Shown: positions 24,186-34,603 of the stretch, piece after piece
Position numbering within the stretch: position 1 is the first letter of the stretch
Layout of the letters: each line of letters begins with the position of its first letter
Assembly (NCBI GenBank): GCA_046536675.1
Contig: JAWDMK010000001.1
Span: 1 to 61,249 of the forward strand
Source of the DNA: Candidatus Micrarchaeota archaeon
GTDB taxonomy: Archaea > Micrarchaeota > Micrarchaeia > Micrarchaeales > CABMGC01
Direction of reading: 5' to 3'
Length of the DNA stretch: 61,249 bases
Position numbers and translations under genes: made by a program
The notes under the pieces: model-generated
The model's input: only the letters and a program-made list of their open reading frames with translations
The model's database searches: none
What the model was told of the DNA's origin: nothing

Positions 24186-27100
24186 ATGGAGACAAATTAT
24201 GAAGAAGAAATTCTAAAGTATTGGCAAGAGCATAAGATATTAGAAAAGTGGCGTGCAAAGAATAAGGGCAATAAGCCTTTTTACTTTCTAGATGGCCCAC
24301 CTTATGTTAGTGGTGAGCTACATCCAGGCCAGATCTGGGTAAAGGATGTAAAAGATATTCTTTTAAGATACAAGCGCATGCGTGGCTATGATGTTCATGA
24401 TAGAGCTGGCTACGACGTTCATGGCTTGCCTGTAGAGCATGCCGTTGAAAAATCTATGGGAATAAAATCAAAGCTTGAGCTTGAATCAAAGATAAGCGTG
24501 GATAAGTTTACAAAAGCTTGCAGGGAGTATGCTGATTCACTTATCCCAAAAATGAATAGGGATTTTATTAGGTTCGGCGCTTCGCTAGATTTTGAAAATG
24601 CTTATGTACCTTACAAGAGCCAATACATAGAAAAGGCTTGGAATATAATCAAAAGGCTCAGCGAGAAAGGCTTGCTTTATAAAGAGGGCAAGCCGCTTAC
24701 TTACTGTCCAAGCTGTGAGACCGTTCTTGCACAAGGCACCTTAGAGGTTGAATACAGCGATGAAAAAGACCCTTCAATTTTTGTTATATTTAAAGTGGAT
24801 ACCAAAAGATCAAAACCAAAAATAGAGATAGATGAAGAGACTTATCTGCTCATATGGACAACAACACCCTGGACCTTGCCAGCAAATATGTCAGTTGCAG
24901 TAAACCCAAAGGAGCTATATGTAAAGGCTAATATAAACGGCAGGAAGCTTATTCTTGGAAAAAAGAGGCTTGACGCCATTGTATCAAGCTTGAACGCAAA
25001 TGCTGTTGTTGAAGCAGAATTTTACGGCAGTGAGCTTGAAGGCATATATTATATTAACCCGCTTGAAGAAAATGTGCCAATACAGAAAAAATTCAGGAAA
25101 TACCACAAGGTCCTCTTATCAGATACTATAGTAAGCATGGATGAAGGTTCTGGAATTGTGCATATAGCGCCAGGGCACGGACCTGAAGATTATAAACTTG
25201 GAAAGCGCAACAAGATACCTATCTTTTCTCCTATAGATGAACATGCAAGATACACAGAGGATGCAGGCGTATATAAAGGCTTACTTATTCCAGATGAAGC
25301 AAACAAGGCTGTGCTAGATGATCTAGAGAAGCTAGGTGTATTGTTAGACAAAGGCATTGTAGTACATAGCTACCCTCATTGCTGGAGATGCGGAAGCAAG
25401 CTGATATATAAGGCTACAGACCAATGGTTCCTTAATATAGGAAAGGTGAAGAAGAAGCTGCTAGCTTCAAATGAAAAGGTAGTATGGCACCCGAAAGAGG
25501 CTAAGGAGTGGCATGCAAATGTGCTTAGCAACTCGCCTGATTGGTGTATATCGAGGCAAAGATTCTGGGGTATACCTATACCAATCTGGAAATGTGATAA
25601 ATGTGGCAACTTTGAAGTCATAGGCTCATTAAAGGAGCTTAAAGAGAAAGCAGTTAACAAGGATTATGCAGAAAAGCTGGATGATTTACATAGACCTTAT
25701 ATAGACAACGTTTCTTTGAAGTGCAGCAAATGCGGGGGAGAGATGCATAGGATAAGCGACGTCTTTGATGTATGGTTTGACTCGAGCATAGCATTCGAGG
25801 CAAGCCTTAGCGACGAAGAATTTAATAAGCTATTCCCTGCTGACTTAATATTGGAGGGTATAGACCAACTAAGAGGCTGGTTCTCAAGCTTGCTTAAGAG
25901 CAGCATTATGCTTTATGGCAAGGCACCATATAAGGAAGTTGTAGTTGACGGAATGCTCCTTGCAGAAGATGGAAGGGAGATGCACAAACACCTCGGCAAT
26001 TATATCTCGCTTGGAGAGCTGCTAAAGATGACAAGTGCTGATGGTTATAGGCTTTGGGTGTCTAGCCACACCCAGTGGCTTGACATTCCTTTCAATAGAT
26101 CAGAGCTAAAGGAGGCAGAAAAAATAATAATTGTATTGCAAAATATAGCAAGGCTTATCAATGATTATTCTGATGCAATAGGATACAAAAATGAGAAGAT
26201 AAGAGCGGATACAAAAGATAAGATAAACGCTTGGATAATCTCAAGGCTCAATACGTTGATTAAAGAAGAGAATGATGCACTTGATGATTATGATGTCGAA
26301 AGAGCAAACAGAGCACTAAGGCAATTTATTCTAGATGACTTTAGCAGATTTTATCTCAAAATGGCTAAAAAGAAGGTTATATATGGAGATACAAGAATTG
26401 CAAAAAAAACAATCGACACTATGAAATTTGTATTCTATAATGTTCTTATTTTGGTTTCGCCTTTCGCGCCATTCACTGCTGAGAAGCTATATTTAGACAA
26501 CTTTGCAAGCAAAGAGAGCATATTCCTCGATGACTGGCCGAAATATAAGGAGGGGCTCGTAGACAAAGAATTAGAGGAATCGTTTGATATAGCGCTCGAT
26601 GCGATAACAGCAATACTAAACAGCAGGGAAAAGGCAAAAGTTAAGTTAAGGTGGCCACTCAGCAAAGCGGTTCTTGAAGTAAAGGATGATAAGGCGCTTG
26701 AGGCTCTTGAAAAGCTCTCAGACATCATTGAGGACTATACAAATGTAAAGAAGCTTGAGCTAAAGAGGATAAGCGGCATAGAGAAAGTTATAAAACCGCT
26801 TTTCCAGAAGATTGGGCCAGAATTCAAGGACGATTCAAAAGCGATAGCTTATGCCTTGCAAAACGCAAATCCAGATGAGGTTGAAAGAGAGGTAAGCGAA
26901 AAAGGTTACTATCAGCTTCATACTGAAAGAGGTGCATTTAACATAAGGGCTGAGCACTTTACCATTATAGAACGCAACGTGGAAAGTGATGCTGCAAAGT
27001 TTGATTATGGTATAGCATATGTAGACCCAACACTTAGCAGCGAGCTTATGAGCGAAGCGCTCTATAGAGAGCTTGCAAGACGCATACAGTTAATGAGGAA

Positions 27101-27302
27101 GGAGCTGGGCCTTAAGAAAAAGGATAAGATAGAAATTTATTACAGAACCTCAGGAGAAATGGAAAGGATTATAAATGAGAAGAAAAAAGACCTCATGAAG
27201 GAGGTAAATGCAACAACAATTGAAGAGAAAAATGAACTAAACGGCAAAAAGTTCGAGATTGTAGACCAAGAGATAGAAATAGAGATCAAGAAAACAGGTT
27301 AA
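24186..27302 (+). CDS. ileS: Isoleucyl-tRNA synthetase
   Basis: 1038 aa. FYFLDGPPYVSG.LHPG, an editing-domain TTTPWTLPAN, WCISRQRFWG, and zinc-binding CxxC pairs. Confidence 0.93.
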   Translation: METNYEEEILKYWQEHKILEKWRAKNKGNKPFYFLDGPPYVSGELHPGQIWVKDVKDILLRYKRMRGYDVHDRAGYDVHGLPVEHAVEKSMGIKSKLELESKISVDKFTKACREYADSLIPKMNRDFIRFGASLDFENAYVPYKSQYIEKAWNIIKRLSEKGLLYKEGKPLTYCPSCETVLAQGTLEVEYSDEKDPSIFVIFKVDTKRSKPKIEIDEETYLLIWTTTPWTLPANMSVAVNPKELYVKANINGRKLILGKKRLDAIVSSLNANAVVEAEFYGSELEGIYYINPLEENVPIQKKFRKYHKVLLSDTIVSMDEGSGIVHIAPGHGPEDYKLGKRNKIPIFSPIDEHARYTEDAGVYKGLLIPDEANKAVLDDLEKLGVLLDKGIVVHSYPHCWRCGSKLIYKATDQWFLNIGKVKKKLLASNEKVVWHPKEAKEWHANVLSNSPDWCISRQRFWGIPIPIWKCDKCGNFEVIGSLKELKEKAVNKDYAEKLDDLHRPYIDNVSLKCSKCGGEMHRISDVFDVWFDSSIAFEASLSDEEFNKLFPADLILEGIDQLRGWFSSLLKSSIMLYGKAPYKEVVVDGMLLAEDGREMHKHLGNYISLGELLKMTSADGYRLWVSSHTQWLDIPFNRSELKEAEKIIIVLQNIARLINDYSDAIGYKNEKIRADTKDKINAWIISRLNTLIKEENDALDDYDVERANRALRQFILDDFSRFYLKMAKKKVIYGDTRIAKKTIDTMKFVFYNVLILVSPFAPFTAEKLYLDNFASKESIFLDDWPKYKEGLVDKELEESFDIALDAITAILNSREKAKVKLRWPLSKAVLEVKDDKALEALEKLSDIIEDYTNVKKLELKRISGIEKVIKPLFQKIGPEFKDDSKAIAYALQNANPDEVEREVSEKGYYQLHTERGAFNIRAEHFTIIERNVESDAAKFDYGIAYVDPTLSSELMSEALYRELARRIQLMRKELGLKKKDKIEIYYRTSGEMERIINEKKKDLMKEVNATTIEEKNELNGKKFEIVDQEIEIEIKKTG

Positions 27303-27493
27303 TAGTTGTCTGCAGTTGCACTCTTGAATGCCTTTCTATAATTAATGTTTGTCCAGCAATCCTTGCATATTACTATCCTCACAGTCTTGCTTACCTTCTT
27401 CGAGCTTTTTACGCAGTCGTTGCATATCTTCCTGTGACAATACCTGCATGTGCTATATTTGTATATTTCTGCTCCACATCTCTCGCATATCAT
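27299..27493 (-). CDS. Small cysteine-rich zinc-ribbon protein
   Basis: MICERCG...CRYCHRKICNDC...CKDCW, 64 aa from the internal ATG at 27493. The longer track ORF (to 27571) would overlap the divergent MiaB-like start and promoter. Confidence 0.45.
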   Translation of the reverse strand: MICERCGAEIYKYSTCRYCHRKICNDCVKSSKKVSKTVRIVICKDCWTNINYRKAFKSATADNY

Positions 27494-27554
27494 GAAATCA
27501 CTAAAACAAAATAGATATTTATTTATAAAAAGTAAGATATAAAAAGTTGATACT

Positions 27555-28832
27555 ATGGCAAAGGTAGTCATTGAAACCTATGGTTGTACATTAAACCAGG
27601 CAGATAGCAGGATTATGGGCCACATATTAAAGGAGAATGGCTATGAGGTGGAATATGGCAAATATGAAGGGAATGCAGATTATTTAATTGTAAATACATG
27701 CACAGTTAAGAGCCCAACAGAAAATAAGATAATCTACAGGCTACGCAAGCTTAAAGGACTTGGAAAAAAGCTTATAGTTGCGGGCTGCTTAGCTAGTGCT
27801 GATACTCAAAAGGTTATGAATATTGTTCCAGATGCGAGTATAATAACAACAAGCAATGTAAACAAGATTGCAGATGTATTGAAGTTTATAGAGAGCGGCA
27901 AAAATGTTGTAATTGATTCATATAATAGGATAGACAAGCTACAATATGGCTTAGAAAATAATTCTGTAATTGCAAGAATACCAATAAGCGAAGGTTGCTT
28001 AAGCAACTGCTCGTTCTGCGAAACCAAATTTGCTAGGGGCCCTTTAAACAGCTTCTCAGAAGAGCTTATATTAAGAGCGGTAAAGAATGCTGTAGAGCAA
28101 GGTTCTAAGGAGATAGAGCTCACCTCACAGGATATAGGAGCATATGGTGCCGATAGAAAAACAAACATAGCAGAACTTCTCAAAAAGGTCGTTGAGATAG
28201 AAGGATCATTTAAGGTAAGGGTAGGCATGCTCAACCCAGAGCACCTGCACAAATATTTTGATGAGCTTTTAGAAGCATATAGGAGCGAAAAGGTTTACAA
28301 ATTCTTCCACCTGCCTGTGCAATCTGGAAGCAACAAGATACTAAGGGATATGAATAGAAGGTATACAGTAGAAGATTTTGCAAGTTATGTTGGTGAGATA
28401 AGGAAAAAACTCAATGCCTCGATTGCAACAGATATTATTGTTGGCTACCCAACAGAAAGCGAGGATGACTTTGAAAAGAGTGTAGAGCTTATAAAAGAGA
28501 TAAGGCCAGAGGTGGTAAATATATCTAAGTTTGGTGCTAGGCCACATGCACCTGCAAGCAGGCTTAAGCAGCTTAGCGGTAAGACCATTAAAGAGAGAAG
28601 TATAATTCTTTCAAGGATTGCAAGAGAGATCGAATTCAATGAAAGAAATAAGCACATTGGGGAAAGAAGAGAGGTATTAATAACAGAGAAAAACAGAAAG
28701 TCTTATACAGGGAGAGATAACGCATATAATGAGATCGCAGTACTTGGCCAAGTTAACCTTGGTGAAAGTGTTGAAGTTGAGATAACCGGAAACTCTGCAG
28801 CGTGTTTTGTTGGTGTGCCACTTAAATCATAA
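27555..28832 (+). CDS. Radical-SAM tRNA methylthiotransferase (MiaB/MtaB/CDKAL1 family)
   Basis: UPF0004 N-terminal domain (ETYGCTLNQADS), radical SAM CLSNCSFC (Cx3Cx2C), and a C-terminal TRAM-like domain. Confidence 0.85.
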   Translation: MAKVVIETYGCTLNQADSRIMGHILKENGYEVEYGKYEGNADYLIVNTCTVKSPTENKIIYRLRKLKGLGKKLIVAGCLASADTQKVMNIVPDASIITTSNVNKIADVLKFIESGKNVVIDSYNRIDKLQYGLENNSVIARIPISEGCLSNCSFCETKFARGPLNSFSEELILRAVKNAVEQGSKEIELTSQDIGAYGADRKTNIAELLKKVVEIEGSFKVRVGMLNPEHLHKYFDELLEAYRSEKVYKFFHLPVQSGSNKILRDMNRRYTVEDFASYVGEIRKKLNASIATDIIVGYPTESEDDFEKSVELIKEIRPEVVNISKFGARPHAPASRLKQLSGKTIKERSIILSRIAREIEFNERNKHIGERREVLITEKNRKSYTGRDNAYNEIAVLGQVNLGESVEVEITGNSAACFVGVPLKS

Positions 28833-28947
28833 CATGAATAAACTCTTGGCTTTCTGCTATGCATTCTGTAAGTTTCATAATTATTTCATAATTTATTTAG
28901 GTTGCTTTTAGATAAGTAATTTAAATCTCATTAGTCTATTTTTATCT

Positions 28948-30282
28948 ATGTACTCTGAGGAAATAGAGAAAGTGCTTAAAAAAGAAAAGATAGAGGTAGG
29001 GGATAAGATTAAGCTTATTTCTCCAAAAGGTGAGTTTAAGGGCATACTAATGGAAAGGCCTGAGCTTGGTGACAACAATATACTAGTGATAAAACTTGAT
29101 AACGGGTATAATGTTGGTATAAGGTTTGAAAAAGGCTCAAAGATTGAAAAGGTTGAAAGCAAGGAAGCAAAAAAGGAGAAAGAAGTAAAGTTTAAGGCCA
29201 AGACAAAAAGTGGCTTGCCGGAGGTTGGTTTGATATATACCGGTGGCACGATTGGAAGCAAGGTAGATTATAGGAGTGGCGGCGTATTTATGCTAACAAA
29301 ACCAGAAGAGCTTCTTGCTGAGGTACCAGAATTAGAAAATATTGCAAATATAGAACTAAATCCATTGATGAGCATAGCAAGCGAAGACATGACATATATA
29401 GAGTGGCAAAAGATAGCAAAGGCGGTTGCAGATGCCTTGAAGAAAGATAGGGGCGTAGTTATAACACACGGAACTGATACAATGCATTACACCTCTGCTG
29501 CTTTGAGCTTTATGCTTAATGGGCTTAATGCACCTGTTATTCTTACAGGATCGCAAAGGAGCAGTGATAGAGGATCGAGCGACGCATTTATGAACCTTAT
29601 CTGCTCTATGCATGTTGCAGCAAAAAGCAACATTGCAGAGGTAGCAATCTGCATGCATGAAAGCTCATCAGATACATACTGTAGTATTATCAGAGGCACA
29701 AAGGCGAGAAAGATGCATACATCAAGAAGGGATGCTTTCAAACCTATAAACAACAAGCCAATTGCAAGGATTTCAAGAGCAGGGGAGATTGAATATATTA
29801 GCGAATATAATAAGATAAGAGAGGATAGCGATGATAAGCTAAGGCTACTCACAGGCTACGAGCCGAAGGTTGCACTTATAAAAGCTTATCCAAATTCCCA
29901 GCCAGAGATAATTGATTACTATCTATCAAAAGGCTTTAAAGGCATTATAATAGAAGGCACCGGCCTCGGGCATACGCCTGTATCTACGCTTCACAAAGAA
30001 TATTCATGGCTAGAGCATGTTAAAAATGCTGTCGATTCTGGAATGATAATAGGTATTACCTCGCAATGCCTTTACGGCAGGGTTAACCCAAATGTGTATA
30101 GGAATCTAAGGTTATTGAGCAATGCTGGCGCTATATACTGCGAAGACATGCTTCCAGAAGTGGCTTATGTCAAGTTGGGCTTTCTACTTGGAAACTACAA
30201 GAAAGAAGAAGCTGAGAAAATGCTAAACGTAAATATTGCTGGCGAGATCACAAAGAGAAGCGAAATAGATTGGTTTATATGA
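28948..30282 (+). CDS. gatD: Glu-tRNA(Gln) amidotransferase subunit D
   Basis: Asparaginase-type domain with YTGGTIGS and HGTDTM. 444 aa. It overlaps gatE by 13 nt. Confidence 0.9.
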   Translation: MYSEEIEKVLKKEKIEVGDKIKLISPKGEFKGILMERPELGDNNILVIKLDNGYNVGIRFEKGSKIEKVESKEAKKEKEVKFKAKTKSGLPEVGLIYTGGTIGSKVDYRSGGVFMLTKPEELLAEVPELENIANIELNPLMSIASEDMTYIEWQKIAKAVADALKKDRGVVITHGTDTMHYTSAALSFMLNGLNAPVILTGSQRSSDRGSSDAFMNLICSMHVAAKSNIAEVAICMHESSSDTYCSIIRGTKARKMHTSRRDAFKPINNKPIARISRAGEIEYISEYNKIREDSDDKLRLLTGYEPKVALIKAYPNSQPEIIDYYLSKGFKGIIIEGTGLGHTPVSTLHKEYSWLEHVKNAVDSGMIIGITSQCLYGRVNPNVYRNLRLLSNAGAIYCEDMLPEVAYVKLGFLLGNYKKEEAEKMLNVNIAGEITKRSEIDWFI

Positions 30283-32144
30283 GGCACGAAAAAGATTACT
30301 ATCAGAAAATAGGGTTCAAATGCGGCTTGGAGATACACCAAAGACTCCTTACAAGCGAGAAGCTTTTCTGCTCCTGCAGCGCAAACAAAGAGGGCGAGAA
30401 ATTACCAATAAAAATAGAAAGAACACTAAGAGCAGTTGTTGGTGAGCTCGGCGAGATAGACAAGGCTACAGGATTTGAAAGCATGAAGGGTAGGCGCTTT
30501 ATATATAACACATACAAAGATACTTCATGTCTTGTAGAAATAGATGAAGAGCCGCCACATGAGGTAAACAAAGAGGCGCTAGAAATTTCTTACCTTATAG
30601 CAGCAACATTCAACGCTAGCTTACCTGATGAGATAGAGGTTATGAGAAAAGAGGTTGTTGATGGCAGCGATCCGAGCGCATTCCAAAGGACAATGCTTAT
30701 AGGCTACGATGGTTTTCTTGAGCTTAACGGAAGGAAGATAAATATACCTTCTATATTTTTAGAGGAAGAGTCAAGTGGGATAGAAAGCTCAGACAGCGAA
30801 GTTGTTATTTATAATGTAAATAGGCTCGGTATACCACTAATCGAGATAGATACAGATCCTGAAATTAAGAACCCTGATGAAGCCAAAGAAGTGGCGATGA
30901 GTATAGGAACACTTCTAAGGTTAACAGGAAAAGTTCAAAGAGGCATAGGCACCATAAGGCAAGACGTTAATGTATCGATAAAAGAGGGTGCAAGGATAGA
31001 GATAAAAGGCTTCCAAGAACTCGAAGTAATGGATGAAATTATAGATAATGAGATAGAAAGACAGCAGAAGCTTATTGAGATAAGCAAAAAACTTAAAGAG
31101 AGAAAAGCAGAAGTAGGGGAAGCAATAGATGCTACAGAGATCTTCTCAAAAACAGGTGCAAAGATAATAAAGAGTGCTATAGAGAAAAAAGGGGTTGTGC
31201 TTGCTGCAAAGCTTAGTGGATTCAAAGGCCTAATAGGTATGGAGATAAATCCTGATAGAAGATTAGGTAGTGAGATAAGCGATTATGCAAAGATTGCAGG
31301 AGTAGGAGGCATAATACACAGTGATGAGGATTTAAAGGGCTACGGTATCTCTGAAGAAGAGATAAACAATCTTTGCAACAAGCTAGAGATTAAAGAAAAT
31401 GACGCTTTTATCATTATAGCTGGAGAAAAGGAGAAGGCTGAGAAAGCAATTTCACTTGCGCGCTATAGGGCGGAGTATGCAATAAAGGGCGTGCCGCCAG
31501 AAACAAGAGGCATAGACTCAAAAAAGAATATAACTAAATTCTTAAGGCCACTCCCTGGAGGAGCAAGGATGTATCCAGAGACAGATGAAAAGCCCATACT
31601 AGTAGATCACAAGCTCTATGAAGAAATCAAAAAGAATGTACCGAGCATAGAAAGGATAGAGAGCAGGCTTATGAATGAGATAGGCAATAAACAGATAGTT
31701 GAGGAGCTTATTAGGTCACCAAAGCTACAAGATTATTTTTACATAGCTGAAAAAGTGAAGGATGCATATCAGCTGATAGCAACAACACTTCTCCAGAAGA
31801 TGAAGGAACTAAAAAGACTAGGAATAGATGTTGAGAGGATAAGCAATGATACACTCATATGCATTTTTGAAAGATACAAAAATAGGATAATAACCAAGCA
31901 GGCTTTTGAACCTATAATAAAGGCACTTCCTAGAAACTGCAGTGATGTTGATAGGATAATTGAGGAGCAGAAGCTTGTCAGAATTTCTGGAGATGAGCTT
32001 ATAGAACTTATAAAGAATGAAATTGATAAAGGAAATAAACAGAAAAATTTGATTATAAGTAGCATTATGTCAAAATACAGGTTAAACATTGATGGCGAAG
32101 AACTCAATGATGTTATAGATGTGTTATTAAAGGTGGATAAATGA
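30270..32144 (+). CDS. gatE: Glu-tRNA(Gln) amidotransferase subunit E
   Basis: 624 aa. GLEIHQ, a GatB-like core, and a C-terminal YqeY-like tail in the position expected next to gatD. Confidence 0.9.
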   Translation: MVYMRHEKDYYQKIGFKCGLEIHQRLLTSEKLFCSCSANKEGEKLPIKIERTLRAVVGELGEIDKATGFESMKGRRFIYNTYKDTSCLVEIDEEPPHEVNKEALEISYLIAATFNASLPDEIEVMRKEVVDGSDPSAFQRTMLIGYDGFLELNGRKINIPSIFLEEESSGIESSDSEVVIYNVNRLGIPLIEIDTDPEIKNPDEAKEVAMSIGTLLRLTGKVQRGIGTIRQDVNVSIKEGARIEIKGFQELEVMDEIIDNEIERQQKLIEISKKLKERKAEVGEAIDATEIFSKTGAKIIKSAIEKKGVVLAAKLSGFKGLIGMEINPDRRLGSEISDYAKIAGVGGIIHSDEDLKGYGISEEEINNLCNKLEIKENDAFIIIAGEKEKAEKAISLARYRAEYAIKGVPPETRGIDSKKNITKFLRPLPGGARMYPETDEKPILVDHKLYEEIKKNVPSIERIESRLMNEIGNKQIVEELIRSPKLQDYFYIAEKVKDAYQLIATTLLQKMKELKRLGIDVERISNDTLICIFERYKNRIITKQAFEPIIKALPRNCSDVDRIIEEQKLVRISGDELIELIKNEIDKGNKQKNLIISSIMSKYRLNIDGEELNDVIDVLLKVDK

Positions 32145-32842
32145 AATACAGCATAGTAGGCAGCTCGATGCAAAGCTTAGACATAGAGCTAGAAGAAGGC
32201 GAAAAGATTTATGGTGATTCTGGAAAGCTTGTAAGCAAAAGCGAAAATGTCGTTATGGTGCCAAGACTTGTTGGTGGTCTGGTGGGTGCTATAGAGAGAA
32301 AAATTACTGGCGCAACAGCTATGCTTACAGAGTTTTCTCCGAAAGATACACCAGGGGTTGTTTCAATGTCAGGCGTCATGCCGGGCAAAATAAAAGCGAT
32401 AGAGCTAGAAGAAGGCGAAGCGTTCGTTGCAGAGCATTATGCCTTTCTCGCCGCAGAGGATTCTGTAAAGTTTACTATACAGATAGTGAATGTGGGTGCC
32501 GCATTCTTTGGCGGCGCAGGTCTTGTGCTTCAGAAATTTGAAGGACCAGGAGTTGTTTTTATACACACTGTAGGAGATATTATAGAGTATGAGCTTGATG
32601 GGACAAAAGCACTTGAAGTCGACCCTGGACACATAGCTGGTTTTTCGGCTACGCTTGATTACAAGATAAGGTTTGTTGATAATATAAGAACAGCTATGTT
32701 TGGTGGTGTAGGTATTTTTCTTGCAAAATTTGAAGGAAAGGGTCATGTAATACTGCACAGCATTTCCAGATTTAAACTATCATCTGAGATATTCATAAAT
32801 GGATTTGAGCAAAACAAGAATTTGATGCAGAAAAAGCAATAA
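32141..32842 (+). CDS. AIM24/TIGR00266-family protein (DUF124)
   Basis: 233 aa. The MKYSIVGSSMQSLDIELEEGE opening and repeated beta-rich GG-containing segments are typical of this family. Its start overlaps the gatE stop by 4 nt. Confidence 0.65.
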   Translation: MKYSIVGSSMQSLDIELEEGEKIYGDSGKLVSKSENVVMVPRLVGGLVGAIERKITGATAMLTEFSPKDTPGVVSMSGVMPGKIKAIELEEGEAFVAEHYAFLAAEDSVKFTIQIVNVGAAFFGGAGLVLQKFEGPGVVFIHTVGDIIEYELDGTKALEVDPGHIAGFSATLDYKIRFVDNIRTAMFGGVGIFLAKFEGKGHVILHSISRFKLSSEIFINGFEQNKNLMQKKQ

Positions 32843-32869
32843 AAAGAAAGGAAAGCATATCTCAGCTTC

Positions 32870-33226
32870 TTACTTATAAATCGAATGATACTCTGCGCCT
32901 GAATCGTCTACTATTGTTATACATTCTCCTTCGCATTCTATTAAGCAAGCTTGACAGAGTATGCATGCATCGCCGTTGACCGCAACAGAAATGCCACCGC
33001 TTCCATTTTCATACTTCTCTGCAAAGTGGCGATGCCCATCTTGCACATCTTTCCATTTGTTATATACCTCTTCGTTTATCTTCCCTTTCCACTGCTGTTC
33101 TGGTGGTGCTGGATCACTATTCACATCGCTTGCGTTCCTATCTTTCATCTCATACACAGCCACAGGGCATACGTCATGACAGTGCGCACATCCTGTACAC
33201 TTTGTTTTATCAACCCAGACCTTCAC
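32870..33226 (-). CDS. Dicluster 4Fe-4S ferredoxin-domain protein with a long insert between the cluster motifs
   Basis: CTGCAHCHDVCP and CILCQACLIECEGEC motifs in 118 aa. Confidence 0.65.
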   Translation of the reverse strand: MKVWVDKTKCTGCAHCHDVCPVAVYEMKDRNASDVNSDPAPPEQQWKGKINEEVYNKWKDVQDGHRHFAEKYENGSGGISVAVNGDACILCQACLIECEGECITIVDDSGAEYHSIYK

Positions 33227-33270
33227 ATAATCACCATAACTAAGTTCTATAAACTATTTAAGTATAAAAA

Positions 33271-34599
33271 CTATGCTGTCGAAACATTTACATTCTCTAC
33301 AATTACACTTGGCACGAAGTAGTATGTGCCTAAGGTATCCCATGATGTTGCTTGCGCTATGTCGTTGCCCACTCTTGTTATGTTCATCATCATTCTTATC
33401 ATATTGTCGCTTATTCTTATTCCAACCCCAGAACTGACATTAATTTGCTTTACCGCAAATTCTGGCGAGCCTTTCTTTATATAAATTGCAAGATCCCTTG
33501 GCATTGTAGAAAAATCACCAGTTAGATAATTACTAAACCTTGTATACCATGTGTTTGTTATAAGTATGCCTTTGTCTATACTTGCTATTAGCTTATCAAT
33601 GCTCTGCTTCTTCTTATGTTCAACCACAAGCGTATTTGGGCTTGGATATACCAAACCAGCATTTCCTGTACTTCTTGTATTATACTTCTTTGCTGTGGAA
33701 TAGTTGTGAAGATAGCGAATAAGCATACCTGCTTTTATTATTTGTGTTCTCTGTGTTGGGTAGCCTTCAGCATCAAATGGCGATGAATTTATGCCTGTTT
33801 CTATAGACCCATCGTCGTACATGCTTATTCCATTATTTGCAACATGCTTCCCCAACTTTCCGGTAAGAAAGCCACCAGTTTCAACATTGCCTATGCATGC
33901 CATGCTGTTTACATTAGAAAGCAGAACACCAGCTGGCGACCTTAGATATAACAGATCATATAACCCGCTATTTATCCTGTGAGTGGTATTAACATATTTG
34001 AGTAATTCAGCATTGCTTAATATCTTTTCAACCTTTATCTCGCTTAGCTTTCTGCTCGAGAGTGTATCTTGAATAGAAAGACCCTTATCGAAAATTCTCA
34101 AAGAAAGCCTTGCCTCAGTGCCATTTGAACTTGCTTCTACTCCTTTGCTTGTAGCTATCGAATATTTAGAGCTTGAAAGATGGAGCGTACCTGCAAGGTT
34201 CTCAGCGTTAACTTTACTTATAATATCATTGGCAAACTCAGCGGCACCATCTGTATTCATTTCGTCTATCCTTTTGTCAAATATAACAGTATTTTTGTAT
34301 TTAAAAGGACCTTCTGCAATACCATAATAATCCTCTTTTGGCTTTGCAGCACTAATCGCCTTCTTGGCATTATTTATGCTCTGCCTTACACTTTCTATAT
34401 CCAATTTTTCTATACTTGTAAAGGCTATCTTCTTATCTTTTGTTACGAAAAGAGAACCTTTCTCTCTTTTCTTCTCAACTATAGAATCAAGCTTGTAATT
34501 TGCAATCTTTAGATATGTGGAATTATAGCTTGATGTAGTTACAACTGCTTCATCAAAGCCTTCATTCATTACTATTCTAAGTATCTCACTTGCATCCAT
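33271..34599 (-). CDS. pmbA: PmbA/TldE-family metalloprotease partner subunit
   Basis: 442 aa of TldD/PmbA fold without an HExxxH motif, immediately downstream of tldD. Confidence 0.75.
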   Translation of the reverse strand: MDASEILRIVMNEGFDEAVVTTSSYNSTYLKIANYKLDSIVEKKREKGSLFVTKDKKIAFTSIEKLDIESVRQSINNAKKAISAAKPKEDYYGIAEGPFKYKNTVIFDKRIDEMNTDGAAEFANDIISKVNAENLAGTLHLSSSKYSIATSKGVEASSNGTEARLSLRIFDKGLSIQDTLSSRKLSEIKVEKILSNAELLKYVNTTHRINSGLYDLLYLRSPAGVLLSNVNSMACIGNVETGGFLTGKLGKHVANNGISMYDDGSIETGINSSPFDAEGYPTQRTQIIKAGMLIRYLHNYSTAKKYNTRSTGNAGLVYPSPNTLVVEHKKKQSIDKLIASIDKGILITNTWYTRFSNYLTGDFSTMPRDLAIYIKKGSPEFAVKQINVSSGVGIRISDNMIRMMMNITRVGNDIAQATSWDTLGTYYFVPSVIVENVNVSTA

Positions 34600-34603
34600 T
34601 TTC

